DNA from: Pirellulales bacterium
GTDB taxonomy: Bacteria; Planctomycetota; Planctomycetia; Pirellulales; PALSA-1355
DNA length: 64,000 nucleotides
Direction of reading: 5' to 3'
Assembly: GCA_963733035.1 (NCBI GenBank)
Contig: CAVTBU010000009.1
Span: 280,022 to 344,021, forward strand
In this document: piece by piece, positions 20,085-30,962 of the stretch
Layout: every line of letters starts with the position of its first letter
How positions within the stretch are numbered: position 1 is the first letter of the stretch
Program-made: the position numbers and the translations under genes
Notes under the pieces: model-generated
Database searches by the model: none
What the model was told of the DNA's origin: nothing
What the model saw: the letters and a program-made list of their open reading frames with translations, nothing else

Positions 20085-22427
20085 TTGTGGAGTAAGCAAC
20101 TCGATTCGTTGACGCCGGCCCAGCGCGAGGCCGTTGAACATTTGGAGGGGCCACTTCTGATCCTAGCCGGACCGGGCAGCGGCAAGACGCGCGTGATTAC
20201 CCACCGCGTCGCGAACCTGTTGCGCCATGGCGTTCCGGCCCGACAGATCCTGGCGCTCACATTCACGAATAAGGCCGCGGACGAGATGCGGTCTCGAGTG
20301 GAACAGTTGGCACCGGGCCAGCCGGTTTGGATGAGCACGTTCCACCGTTTTTGCGCGCGGCTGCTGCGGCAATACGCATCGCAGGTGGGGCTTACCGAGA
20401 ATTTCACGATCTACGACACGTCCGACAGTCGGCAGGCCCTCAAGCGAACGCTCGAAGAGAGCCGGGTCGACGCCTCGCTCTACTCGCCAGAGCGGATTGC
20501 CGCGGCCATCAGTTGGGCCAAGAACAGCCTGATCACCGCCCAGCAATACCAGGCCCGGCCGGGACACCCACTGGGAAGTATCGTGGCGAAGGTTTATCCG
20601 GCCTATCAGGCTCGGCTGTTGGCCTCCAGTGCCGTGGACTTCGACGATCTGTTGTTACACGTCGCCACGATGCTCCGCGACAACCCGGAAACCCGAGTCA
20701 CGCTCGACGCGCGCTATCGATACATCCTGGTCGACGAATATCAGGACACGAATCTGGCGCAATACACGATCGTTCGGGCCCTCTCGATCGACGAACCGAA
20801 CCTTGCCGTGACGGGCGACCCCGACCAGTCGATTTACGGCTGGCGAGGTGCCAACCTGAGCAACATTCTCGACTTCGAAAAGGACTATCCCGAAGTTCGC
20901 CTCGTAAAACTCGAACAAAACTACCGAAGTACCAAGCGCATCTTGCGCGTGGCCGACCATTTGATCGGCTACAACCAGCGACGAAAAAAGAAGGGGCTGT
21001 TTACCGAGAACGAAGAAGGGCAGAGCGTGCGCCTGGTGAACTACCCCACGCAGCGCGATGAGGCGGAAGGCATCGCCTCGTATATCGCCAGCGAGGTCCG
21101 AGCCGGTCGCCGGCGGCCACGCGACTTTGCCGTCTTCTACCGCGTGAATGCCCTGTCGCGCAGCCTGGAATTTGCACTCCGCGATCAGGGCGTGCCGTAT
21201 CAGATGGTCAACGGACTGGAATTCTACCAGCGCCGCGAGATCAAGGACGTACTGGCCTACCTGCACCTGATCAACAACCCGCGCGACGACGTCTCGTTGC
21301 TGCGCGTCATCAACAATCCGCCGCGCTCCATTGGTAAGAGCACGCTGACACGCCTTGGGGAACACGCATCCCGCTATGGGCTGTCGTTGCTCGATGCTGC
21401 CCGTGAGAGCGGTCTCATCGAGTCGCTCAACAAGCGGGCGGCCGTGGCGGTGGCCAAGTTCGTGGCCCTGTACGACAAGCTGTCAGTCCACGCGGCCGAC
21501 CCCGTCGAGGAAATCATGGGCCACGTATTGGCCGAGTCGGGCTACAAGCAGTTTCTCGAAGACTCTGAACACGAGGAAGATCAGGATCGGCTTGCGAATA
21601 TCGAGGAATTACTCACCGCGGCTCGGCAATTCGACGAAACGCATTTTGGCGACAGTCCGCTCGAATCATTTCTCGAAGAAGCTTGCCTGGTGAACGACAC
21701 GGACGCGTGGGCTGCTGACGACGACCAAGCAACATTGATGACGATGCACGCGGCCAAGGGGCTGGAGTTTCCCGTGGTGTTCATCATCGCCCTCGAAGAC
21801 GGCCTGTTGCCGCACGAGCGCAGCCGAAATGATCCGGATCAACTCGAGGAAGAACGCCGGCTGCTGTTTGTCGGCATCACAAGGGCCCGCGAGGAGTTGC
21901 ATCTAAGCTTGGCCACCAACCGCGAATTCCGCGGTCAGCGGCGGCGCACCGTGCCCAGCCAGTTCCTGATGGAGCTGCCGCGCGGCGAAATGGACATGGT
22001 CGGCGCGCCGGCCACGAGCCATCCCTGGGAAGACGAAGCCGAGTATGGCGGCGAAGCGGTACACCCTCTGGCCGACGACGAACTTCCTTGGGAAGACGGC
22101 GTTGACGAGTCCGCTGGCAAATCGTTTGACCAGGACGAGCCCGTTTCCGAAATGACGGCTCGCCCCGCCATCGCAACGCCTGCCATTGGCCCGTTGACCA
22201 CCGCCGCCGAATTAAATCTCACCAAGACGGCGGAACCTGCGCGCGTACCTCCGGAGGCGTTCGTGCAAGGCATGGTCGTGCGGCATCCAGAGTACGGGCT
22301 AGGCAAGATCATCGCTCTGAGCGGCAGTCGCGAACGGCGCATGGCAACCGTAGCGTTCGCCTCGGGCGCTGGCGAACGCAAGTTCGTGCTGGCCAGCAGC
22401 AAACTTCGGCCGGCAAAGGCAAACTAG
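20085..22427 (+). CDS. pcrA: ATP-dependent DNA helicase UvrD/PcrA
   Basis: AGPGSGKT, TFTNKAA, VDEYQDTN, GDPDQSIYGWRGA, LEQNYRST, HAAKGLEF, EERRLLFVGITRA, and a C-terminal Tudor-like VRHPEYGLG domain. Confidence 0.93.
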   Translation: MWSKQLDSLTPAQREAVEHLEGPLLILAGPGSGKTRVITHRVANLLRHGVPARQILALTFTNKAADEMRSRVEQLAPGQPVWMSTFHRFCARLLRQYASQVGLTENFTIYDTSDSRQALKRTLEESRVDASLYSPERIAAAISWAKNSLITAQQYQARPGHPLGSIVAKVYPAYQARLLASSAVDFDDLLLHVATMLRDNPETRVTLDARYRYILVDEYQDTNLAQYTIVRALSIDEPNLAVTGDPDQSIYGWRGANLSNILDFEKDYPEVRLVKLEQNYRSTKRILRVADHLIGYNQRRKKKGLFTENEEGQSVRLVNYPTQRDEAEGIASYIASEVRAGRRRPRDFAVFYRVNALSRSLEFALRDQGVPYQMVNGLEFYQRREIKDVLAYLHLINNPRDDVSLLRVINNPPRSIGKSTLTRLGEHASRYGLSLLDAARESGLIESLNKRAAVAVAKFVALYDKLSVHAADPVEEIMGHVLAESGYKQFLEDSEHEEDQDRLANIEELLTAARQFDETHFGDSPLESFLEEACLVNDTDAWAADDDQATLMTMHAAKGLEFPVVFIIALEDGLLPHERSRNDPDQLEEERRLLFVGITRAREELHLSLATNREFRGQRRRTVPSQFLMELPRGEMDMVGAPATSHPWEDEAEYGGEAVHPLADDELPWEDGVDESAGKSFDQDEPVSEMTARPAIATPAIGPLTTAAELNLTKTAEPARVPPEAFVQGMVVRHPEYGLGKIIALSGSRERRMATVAFASGAGERKFVLASSKLRPAKAN

Positions 22428-22527
22428 CCAATCGCAGGGCCGGCAAGTTAGATTGAGGGTCTGGGCGCCTGAATTCGGTTGGCACCCATCCGCGTTGCCC
22501 GTCCGCACAGTCGATTGCCGGCCCGTC

Positions 22528-24000
22528 ATGAAGGCTCCCTACCCGAAAATTGCTCAACTCAAAACCGTCGAGCAACTGCACGCCCGACTCGCGGAATTAG
22601 GGCTTGAGTTGCCAATGGACCCGCACGTCCTCTCGGCGGCCGAGGGATCGCCGCTGGCCGAACCGCTGACGGTTGGCCGATTCAACATCGGTAATCGCTG
22701 GTGCATTCACCCGATGGAGGGTTGGGACGCGCATCGCGACGGCTCGCCGTCGAAGCACACGCTGCGGCGCTGGCGCAACTTCGGCATCAGCGGCGCCAAA
22801 CTCATTTGGGGAGGAGAAGCCGCCGCGGTCGTGCCCGAAGGACGTGCCAATCCCAACCAGACCCTGGCCACCCCCGAGAATCGCGCCGGACTGGGCGCCT
22901 TGATCGACAAGCTGAAGCGGGCACACGAGCAATCGTTCGGCAGCCTGGATGGACTGTGCGTCGGCCTGCAGCTGACGCACTCTGGTCGCTTCTGCCGGCC
23001 GAACAGCAAACAACTAGAACCGCGATTGGCCTATCACAACCCATTGCTCGACGCCAAATTTCACATCGCCCCGGCCGATGAATCGTTAGTGATGAGCGAC
23101 GATGAAATCGAGCGGATGATCGACGCCTATGTCGTCGCCGCGGGACTGGCCCGAAATGCCGGATTTGATTTCGTGGACGTGAAATCCTGCCACGGCTACT
23201 TGCTCCACGAGTTCCTCAGCGCTCGTACGCGGCCCGGCAAGTACGGCGGCGACTTTGCCGGACGGACGCGACTGTTGACGACTATCATCGGTCGCATTCA
23301 AGCAGAGTATGCCGACTTGGCCATCGGCGTGCGGCTGAGCGTATTCGATACGGTGCCGTATCAAACCAGTCGCGAGGTCGGGCAGCCGCTCTCGTTCACG
23401 GAGTACATTCCCTACACCTGGGGCTTTGGCGTTTCGGAAAGCGATCCCCTGGCGATCGACTTGGCCGAGCCGATCGCCCTGATTCAGAAACTTAAGGAAT
23501 TGGATGTGATGGCCGTCAACGTCTCTTGCGGCAGCCCGTACTATTGCCCGCACGTGCAACGACCGGCCATATTTCCGCCCAGCGACGGCTATCAGCCACC
23601 CGAAGATCCCCTGGTTGGTGTTTGGCGACAAATCGACGCCGCGCGGCAATGCAAACAGGCGGTTCCCGAAATGCCGATGGTCGGGACGGGTTACACCTAT
23701 TTACAGGACTTCCTACCGCACGTGGCCCAGGCCGTCGTTCGCCAGGGCTGGGTCGATTCGGTGGGGTTGGGGCGGATGGTCCTTTCCTATCCGGAACTGC
23801 CGGCCGATACGCTCAACGGAAAACACTGGGCACGCAAGCGAGTGTGTCGCACGTTCAGCGACTGCACGACCGCGCCACGTAACGGGCTCGTCTCGGGATG
23901 CTTCCCACTCGATCCTTACTACAAGGGCCTACCCGAGGCCGAAGTTCTCAAGGCGCTCAAGCATGTGTCGGAGGCCACCTCGCAAACGTCCCACGACTAG
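22528..24000 (+). CDS. NADH:flavin oxidoreductase (Old Yellow Enzyme-family TIM barrel)
   Basis: NRWCIHPMEG, LQLTHSGR, GFDFVDVKSCHGYLLHEFLS, YGGDFAGRTR, GLGR, and a C-terminal Cys cluster. Confidence 0.88.
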   Translation: MKAPYPKIAQLKTVEQLHARLAELGLELPMDPHVLSAAEGSPLAEPLTVGRFNIGNRWCIHPMEGWDAHRDGSPSKHTLRRWRNFGISGAKLIWGGEAAAVVPEGRANPNQTLATPENRAGLGALIDKLKRAHEQSFGSLDGLCVGLQLTHSGRFCRPNSKQLEPRLAYHNPLLDAKFHIAPADESLVMSDDEIERMIDAYVVAAGLARNAGFDFVDVKSCHGYLLHEFLSARTRPGKYGGDFAGRTRLLTTIIGRIQAEYADLAIGVRLSVFDTVPYQTSREVGQPLSFTEYIPYTWGFGVSESDPLAIDLAEPIALIQKLKELDVMAVNVSCGSPYYCPHVQRPAIFPPSDGYQPPEDPLVGVWRQIDAARQCKQAVPEMPMVGTGYTYLQDFLPHVAQAVVRQGWVDSVGLGRMVLSYPELPADTLNGKHWARKRVCRTFSDCTTAPRNGLVSGCFPLDPYYKGLPEAEVLKALKHVSEATSQTSHD

Positions 24001-24212
24001 CCCTGCGGCAATTCCTGCAAGCCTCAAATCGTTCGGCGTATTCGCATGAGTAGGAATAACCCGAGGTGACCTTAAGTCCCTTGCCATTGTCCGCGCCAAG
24101 CGCTGGCGGTCGGACCGTACACTTCGGATACCGCACTTCAGCCCGAAAATCTCGCACCGCCGACAAGCGACCTTCACGCTCGTGGCCAACCGGGCTAGAA
24201 TTCCTGCAACAA

Positions 24213-27200
24213 ATGGCTGAAGCTCCCACCGTCGTCACCACGCCCGATCGGCTCTTCGATCTGGTCGGGCGTCTGGAAGGGCAAAATGGCTTCGCCGATG
24301 TGGTCTCCAGCTTGCGAGCAGGACACGCGGCCACGCTGGGCGGAGTCTGGGGCTCAAGCTGCGCGCTGGTGGCGGCTTCGCTGGTTCGTCACGCGCCAGG
24401 ACCGCTGGTCGTCGTCTGCCCCCACATGGATGACATCGACGACTTCTCCGATGACTTGTCCCTGTTTTCGACCGTCGAACCGGAGCATTTTTCGGCCTGG
24501 GAACGCGAGGTCCGAGATAACGTCGTGTACGACGAAATCTACGGTCAACGACTCCGGCCGCTCAAGCATCTCAACGGCGCCGAGCCGCCGCGGCTCATCG
24601 TCACCAGTATTCAGAGCCTGCTGCAACCGGTGCCCAGCCGCGCGGAAATTGCCGAGCGAACGCGTCGCTTGCGCCGCGGAGATACCCTCGACGTGCAGGA
24701 GCTACTCACCTGGCTGGTGAAAGGAGGCTTTCAGAATACGACCGCGGTTGAGCTACCCGGAGAGTTTTCGCCGCGGGGTGGAATCCTCGACATCTTCGCC
24801 CCCGACTGGGATGCTCCGGTGCGCATCGAGTTGTTCGGCGACGAAGTGGAATCGATTCGCCAATTTGAGGTCTCGACGCAACGCAGCCTGGCTGCACTCG
24901 AAGAGATCGACCTTACGCTCTCGATGCGCGGCGATCGCGACCGCGAACACTTCACCGGGTACCTGCCGCCCGAAAGCTGGTTCTATCTGGTCGAACCGGC
25001 CGACATCGAAGAAGAGGGCCGGCGATTTCTCGAGCGACTAGAACGCCCGCAAGACGTGCACGGCCTGAGCGCCACGATGCGACAAATCACGCAGTTCGCT
25101 TCCGTGACAGCCGCCAGCGTTCCGGCCGGTTCGTTGGAGACGACCTGTCACCTGCCAATCGAAACGGTCGAACGCTTCAGCGGTGACATAGCCAAAGTGC
25201 GCGACGAGCTTGACGCGGCGATGGGGAGCGGCACGCAGGACGTATTTATCATCTGCCAGACCGAGGCCGAGTCGCAACGTTTGCAGGAGGTGTTTGGCCC
25301 AACCCGGCTTGGACAGGCCGGAAGATTGCACTATTCGCAAGGGCGACTGAAGGCGGGATTTCGGCTGGTGAGTGAGCAGATCGCGCTGGTCAGCGGCAGC
25401 GAGCTGTTTCACCGGGCCGACCTGAACCGTCCCTCGCGGCGGCGGCTGGGTCGAGCGATTGATAGCTTTCTGGAACTGCGCGAAGGAGACTACGTCGTCC
25501 ACCTGTCGCACGGAATCGGACGTTACCGCGGGCTGCAATTGCTCGAAAAGGGAGATCAGGCTGAAGAACACTTGGTTATCGAGTTTCACGGAGACACGAA
25601 AGTCTTCGTGCCGGCATCCAAGATCGAGCTTGTGCAGAAGTACGTCGGCGGCAGCAAAAAAGGACGCCCCACGTTGGCCCACGTCGGCGGGCGGCACTGG
25701 TCCAAGCAGAAGGAAGCCGCGCGAAAAGCCGTCACCGATTTGGCCGCCGACATGCTACAGTTGCAGGCAGCAAGGGCCATGCGTCCTGGCATTCGCTTTC
25801 CGGCCGACACGTCGTGGCAACGTGAGTTCGACGCGTCGTTTCCCTACCTCGAAACGGCCGACCAGCTCACGTCCATCGCGGCCATCAAGAACGACATGCA
25901 GCAGACCCGGCCCATGGACCGTCTGCTGTGCGGCGACGTGGGCTTCGGCAAGACCGAGCTGGCCATGCGAGCCGCCTTTCAGGTCGTTGACAACGGTTAC
26001 CAGGTAGCACTATTAGTGCCGACAACGATTCTGGCCGAACAACACCTGCGCACCTTCCGTGCCCGGATGGCGGAATTTCCGATTTCCGTCGCCTCGCTTT
26101 CGCGATTCTGCACGGGCAAGGAAACCCGCGAGATTATCGAGGGCCTGGCCGGTGGATCGATCGACATCGTGATCGGGACACATCGCCTCGCGCAACACGA
26201 TATCAGCTTTCACAATCTGGGCTTGATTATCATCGATGAGGAACAGCGGTTCGGCGTGGAAGTCAAGGAGCGCCTCAAGGCCCTGCGTCAAACGGTCGAC
26301 GTGCTGACCATGACGGCCACTCCGATACCGCGCACGTTGCACCTATCGCTTCTGGGCGTGCGCGACATTTCGAACTTGGAAACGCCGCCCAACGATCGGC
26401 TGGCCATCGAAACCCGCGTCACGCGCTTCGACCCGCAACTCATCCGGCATGCCGTCCTGCGCGAACTGAATCGTGACGGTCAGATTTACTTCGTCCATAA
26501 TCGCGTAAACGACATCGAGAAGGTGGCGCACAAGCTTACAGAGATCGTACCCGAGGCACGAATCGGTATTGGCCACGGACAAATGCCCGAGGGCGAGTTG
26601 GAACGAGTTATGCTCGACTTCGTCGACCATCGCTTCGATCTGCTGCTGGCCACGACCATCGTCGAGAGTGGACTCGATATTCCCAACGCGAACACAATCT
26701 TCATCGACGAAGCCGATCGCTACGGGCTGGCCGACCTCCATCAGTTGCGCGGACGCGTCGGCCGCTACAAACATCGGGCTTATTGCTATCTGTTGGTCGA
26801 TCCACACCGACACTTGTCCAATACGGCCGCCCGGCGGCTCAAGGCCATTGAAGAATTCAGCCAAATGGGATCGGGCTTTGCGATTGCCATGCGCAACCTG
26901 GAACTTCGCGGCGCCGGCAATATTTTGGGTACGCAGCAAAGCGGTCACATCGCCACGGTGGGCTACGAACTTTACTGCGAATTACTGGAGCAGGCCGTTC
27001 GGAAGTTGAAACAATTGCCGCCCAAGGTGACCGTGGACGTCAGTATCGATTTGCCGTGCGAAGCCTACATTCCCAAGAGCTACGTACCCGACATGCGACT
27101 GAAGATCGACCTCTATCGCCGCGTGGCTCGACTGGCGACCCTCGAGGAATGGGAAGACCTGACCGCCGAGTTGGTCGACCGGTTTGGTCCGCGTCCGCCG

Positions 27201-27455
27201 GAAGTCGACCGCATGCTATTGCTAGCAAAGCTGCGGATCTGGGCGCACGGCTGGCTCGTGGACGCGATTTATCTTGAAGAGGGTTATCTGGTCCTCCGCT
27301 ATGGCGATCGCCGGCGGATCGAGCAGCTTGCGGAAAAGTCAGGCGGTCGGCTGAGAATCGTCGACGGGCAGAGCGCCTATCTGCCGCTTGGCAAGAAGGT
27401 TATGCAGAGTGGGCAAGTCATCTCGACGGTGCAATCGCTGTTGCAGCCCAACTAG
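24213..27455 (+). CDS. mfd: Transcription-repair coupling factor
   Basis: UvrB-homology GEFSPRGGILDIF, RID GDYVVHLSHGIGRY, CGDVGFGKTE, IDEEQRFG, TATPIPRT, QLRGRVGR, LELRGAGNILG and a TRCF C-terminal domain. Confidence 0.96.
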   Translation: MAEAPTVVTTPDRLFDLVGRLEGQNGFADVVSSLRAGHAATLGGVWGSSCALVAASLVRHAPGPLVVVCPHMDDIDDFSDDLSLFSTVEPEHFSAWEREVRDNVVYDEIYGQRLRPLKHLNGAEPPRLIVTSIQSLLQPVPSRAEIAERTRRLRRGDTLDVQELLTWLVKGGFQNTTAVELPGEFSPRGGILDIFAPDWDAPVRIELFGDEVESIRQFEVSTQRSLAALEEIDLTLSMRGDRDREHFTGYLPPESWFYLVEPADIEEEGRRFLERLERPQDVHGLSATMRQITQFASVTAASVPAGSLETTCHLPIETVERFSGDIAKVRDELDAAMGSGTQDVFIICQTEAESQRLQEVFGPTRLGQAGRLHYSQGRLKAGFRLVSEQIALVSGSELFHRADLNRPSRRRLGRAIDSFLELREGDYVVHLSHGIGRYRGLQLLEKGDQAEEHLVIEFHGDTKVFVPASKIELVQKYVGGSKKGRPTLAHVGGRHWSKQKEAARKAVTDLAADMLQLQAARAMRPGIRFPADTSWQREFDASFPYLETADQLTSIAAIKNDMQQTRPMDRLLCGDVGFGKTELAMRAAFQVVDNGYQVALLVPTTILAEQHLRTFRARMAEFPISVASLSRFCTGKETREIIEGLAGGSIDIVIGTHRLAQHDISFHNLGLIIIDEEQRFGVEVKERLKALRQTVDVLTMTATPIPRTLHLSLLGVRDISNLETPPNDRLAIETRVTRFDPQLIRHAVLRELNRDGQIYFVHNRVNDIEKVAHKLTEIVPEARIGIGHGQMPEGELERVMLDFVDHRFDLLLATTIVESGLDIPNANTIFIDEADRYGLADLHQLRGRVGRYKHRAYCYLLVDPHRHLSNTAARRLKAIEEFSQMGSGFAIAMRNLELRGAGNILGTQQSGHIATVGYELYCELLEQAVRKLKQLPPKVTVDVSIDLPCEAYIPKSYVPDMRLKIDLYRRVARLATLEEWEDLTAELVDRFGPRPPEVDRMLLLAKLRIWAHGWLVDAIYLEEGYLVLRYGDRRRIEQLAEKSGGRLRIVDGQSAYLPLGKKVMQSGQVISTVQSLLQPN

Positions 27456-27597
27456 GCCCTTCCTATAATCCCGCCCCACTGAGCCAGGCGCGCTCATTTC
27501 GCCGCCCGTTCAGATCTCGTCGCGTGCGGTTTTCGCCCCGCAGAATTCGAGGTTTTTGCTTCGCTTGTCGAGCCTGGCCAGCCGATTCAGGTAGAAC

Positions 27598-28961
27598 GTG
27601 ACGCGCAAGTCCTTTCAATTTGCCGCCCGAGTTGTGTTGGCGTCCTGCCTTGGGGCGACGTCTGCGGTGGCGCTCGCCCAGGCATTTGCGGACCCCGGTT
27701 TCGGAGACCCGACAACGCTCACCCGTCCGGTTAACGCCTTTTCGCCGCAATCGGGCCTGCCCATTGGCCTTCAGAACGCCGTCGTGCCGATGGCCCCGAG
27801 GCAACCCGGCTCGCCGGTTCGGCCGAACACCTGGCCGGGCGGCGCCCAACGCCAGTTCCTGGCTACGAACCGTCGGCACAAACGGCAGCAGCCGTCCCAG
27901 CGGGCTATCGCATGGCGTCCGCCGTACCGACGACGGTCGAAAAAAAGTCCGCCGCGGATCCGCCATACGACCCGGCCGAGATTCTGGCCCGCGTCGGTGC
28001 GGAACGGATTCAGGCCTGCGAGGTGCTGCCCATGATCAACCGGGCGCTCAACAAAGCGGTCGGAGACAGTCCGGAGTTTGCGCAGCTGTCGCCAGATGAC
28101 AAGCAGCGCGAGATTCAAAAGGCGCAGAAAAACTATTTGCAGGCGGCGTTGAAAGAAATGATCAATACGAAACTTTTGGTCGCTGAATTGCGCAACAACG
28201 CCGACCAGAAGGCGCTGAAGGAAAACGAAAAAAAGATACGCGACTTCTTCAATAGTGACTACCTTCCGCACCTGCAAAAGGAATATGGCGCCACGAGCGT
28301 CATCGACCTGGAAAACAAACTGCGCGCTCTGGGCGGTTCGATTGAAACGCAGCGAGCCTTGTTCGTCGAGCAAAACCTCGCCAGTGGATGGCTAGGACAG
28401 GCAGTCAAAAAGGAAGACAAGGAACCCACGCACGACGACCTGTTGGCGTACTATCACAAGCACGTGGCCCAATGGGATACGCCGGCTCGCGCACGGTGGG
28501 AACAACTCACCGCCAAGTGGGACAACTTCGGTTCGCGCCGCGAGGCGGTCGCGACGCTCGCCACTTGGGGCAACGACGTCCTGGTTCGCGGCGTGCCGCT
28601 TGCACAGGTGGCCAAAGCCCATTCGCAGGACTTTGCGGCCGACGACGGCGGCGTGCACGATTGGGTCAACAAGGGCAGCTTGCGGTCAACTTCCCTCGAT
28701 ACGGCGATCTTCACCTTGCCGGTCGGGGCAATGAGTCGCATCATCGAGGACGAAGACGGGTGCCACATCATACGCGTGCTCACGCGCGAGGACGCCAAAC
28801 GGGCGTCCTTCTCCGAAGTGCAAACGGAGATTAAGAAGGAACTGCACACCGGTGGCGAGGCGCAACGCCGAAAGGCCTATATCGAGGAACTCCGAGAACG
28901 GACTCCCGTATGGACGGTCTTTGATAACGAAACCGACAGTTCCGCTGCTTTGACACGCTAG
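27598..28961 (+). CDS. Exported SurA/PrsA-like parvulin peptidyl-prolyl isomerase (frameshift at about 27845-27847)
   Basis: The signal peptide in the 27598 frame joins the frame of the 27912 ORF through PTPVPGYEPS. ILARVG, AQVAKAHSQD..ADDGG, AIFTLPVGAMS, GCHIIRV. Confidence 0.8.
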
Positions 28962-29327
28962 TCGGCGTCAACCTCGGCCGCTGGTGTCCCGCGCGCATCT
29001 GAGTATTCTATGCGCCCGGCGAGCAGTTCGTGTCACGCGAACTTTGCCGTCTACGATATCCATAATGTCCCGCGCCAGCGGCCGCGCGTCGCTGGCGGTG
29101 GGGCAACTAGAAGCAAAACTGCGCGCCGCGGCACGTCCGGTAAATACTTCCGCTCAAACCCCCAAATTCCACTATGAGATTTCGGCTTTCAAACGATGCT
29201 CTTCATCCCCGCGCAGGTGCGGGCTAATTGTGTCGCCCGGTGCCAGCGACTACACTGAGGGTTTCCGCAGTTTTCCCACCGCAAGTGCGGCCGCGAAAGT
29301 CTTCGCGTGCCAGAAAGGAAAGCCTCG

Positions 29328-30617
29328 ATGAGCGAGGTTGCCAAGCTTCAAATTGGTCAGCAACAGATCGATTTGCCGGTCGTGGTCGGCACTGAAAACG
29401 AGCACGGCGTCGATATTTCCAAGCTACGCGCCGAGACGAACTATATCACGCTCGACGAAGGCTACGTAAACACTGGCTCAACAACCAGTGCCATTACCTA
29501 CCTGGACGGTGAGCAGGGAATCCTGCGGTATCGTGGCTATCCGATTGAAGTCATTGCCGAGCGCTGCGATTTCATCGAAACGAGTTATCTGCTGATCTAT
29601 GGTGAGTTGCCGACCGAGGAGCAACTCAATCGTTTTCGCATGTCGCTCCGCCGGCACACGATGCTGCACGAGGACATGCGATCGTTTTACAACGGTTTTC
29701 CGCGCGACGCCCATCCAATGGCCATTCTCAGTTCGGTGGTTGGCGCGTTGTCGACCTTCTACCAGGACTCGCTGAATTCGCGCGATCAGCGTCAGTGGGA
29801 AGTCTCCATCCACCGCTTGATTGCCAAGTTGCCAACAATCGCGGCCTACGCCTATAAGAAATCGATCGGTCAGCCGTTCATCTACCCCCAGAACGACCTG
29901 TCGTACTGCGAGAACTTTTTGCAGATGATGTTCTCCGTGCCGAGCGAGCCGTATAAGATCGACCCGGACTTCGTCGAGGCGTTAAATCTGCTGCTGATTG
30001 TCCACGCCGACCACGAACAAAACTGTAGCACTTCGACGGTGCGAATGGTCGGTTCCAGCGACGCCAACCTGTTCGCCTCAATCTCGGCCGGGATTTGCGC
30101 CCTGTGGGGACCCCTCCACGGCGGCGCCAATCAAGCTTGCGTCGAAATGCTCGAGGCAATCCGGGCGGACGGCGGCGACGTGGCCAGGTACGTCGCGAAA
30201 GCGAAGGACAAGAACAGCGGATTTCGCCTGATGGGCTTCGGTCATCGCGTCTACAAAAACTTCGATCCCCGCGCCACCATCATCAAGCGAACTTGCGACA
30301 ACTTGCTCGCCAAGCTGCATATCGACGATCCCATCTTTGAGATCGCCAAGGAGTTGGAGCGGGTTGCATTGAACGACTCCTACTTTATCGAACGAAAGCT
30401 CTATCCAAATGTCGATTTCTACTCGGGGGTGATCTACCGCGCGCTCGGCATTCCCGTGCAAATGTTCACGGTGCTGTTTGCCATTGGCCGGCTGCCGGGA
30501 TGGATCGCCCACTGGAAAGAAATGCACGAGTCGCCAAACAAACGCATCTGCCGGCCTCGTCAAATCTACACCGGCCCCCGCGAGCGGGAATTCGTGCCGC
30601 GAGAAAAGCGCAAGTAG
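29328..30617 (+). CDS. gltA: Citrate synthase (type II)
   Basis: ITYLDGEQGILRYRGY, HADHEQNCSTS, GPLHGGAN, GFGHRVYKNFDPR, YPNVDFYSG; RBS AAAGGAAAG. Confidence 0.97.
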   Translation: MSEVAKLQIGQQQIDLPVVVGTENEHGVDISKLRAETNYITLDEGYVNTGSTTSAITYLDGEQGILRYRGYPIEVIAERCDFIETSYLLIYGELPTEEQLNRFRMSLRRHTMLHEDMRSFYNGFPRDAHPMAILSSVVGALSTFYQDSLNSRDQRQWEVSIHRLIAKLPTIAAYAYKKSIGQPFIYPQNDLSYCENFLQMMFSVPSEPYKIDPDFVEALNLLLIVHADHEQNCSTSTVRMVGSSDANLFASISAGICALWGPLHGGANQACVEMLEAIRADGGDVARYVAKAKDKNSGFRLMGFGHRVYKNFDPRATIIKRTCDNLLAKLHIDDPIFEIAKELERVALNDSYFIERKLYPNVDFYSGVIYRALGIPVQMFTVLFAIGRLPGWIAHWKEMHESPNKRICRPRQIYTGPREREFVPREKRK

Positions 30618-30962
30618 GCCCGACGCCTTCTGATGCTAGCAGTGGCAGGGCAAAGTGCCAGCGGCCAGGTTGCGTCCGCCGGCGATCGACTTTGACACAC
30701 CGCCGTGCGCTGAGGGCATTTCTACGCGCCGTTCTTTCTTCTCCAGGTTTCCCGACCGTTAGACGGGCCGATGCGCTCAGGCGCGGTTGGCGGCTTGCGC
30801 TTCGGTTGTGCGCTCTGTTCAGCCGATACCGAATAGCGAGGCTCTGCCGCGCTTGGACTTGCCGTTAAGTCCGACCGTGTTGCCCCTATGCAGTCCCCCA
30901 AGTCGTCGCAGCAAAAATGGGCGGCCCGTAGGCCCGTCTCCCGACCAGTACAGAGGTTTTCC

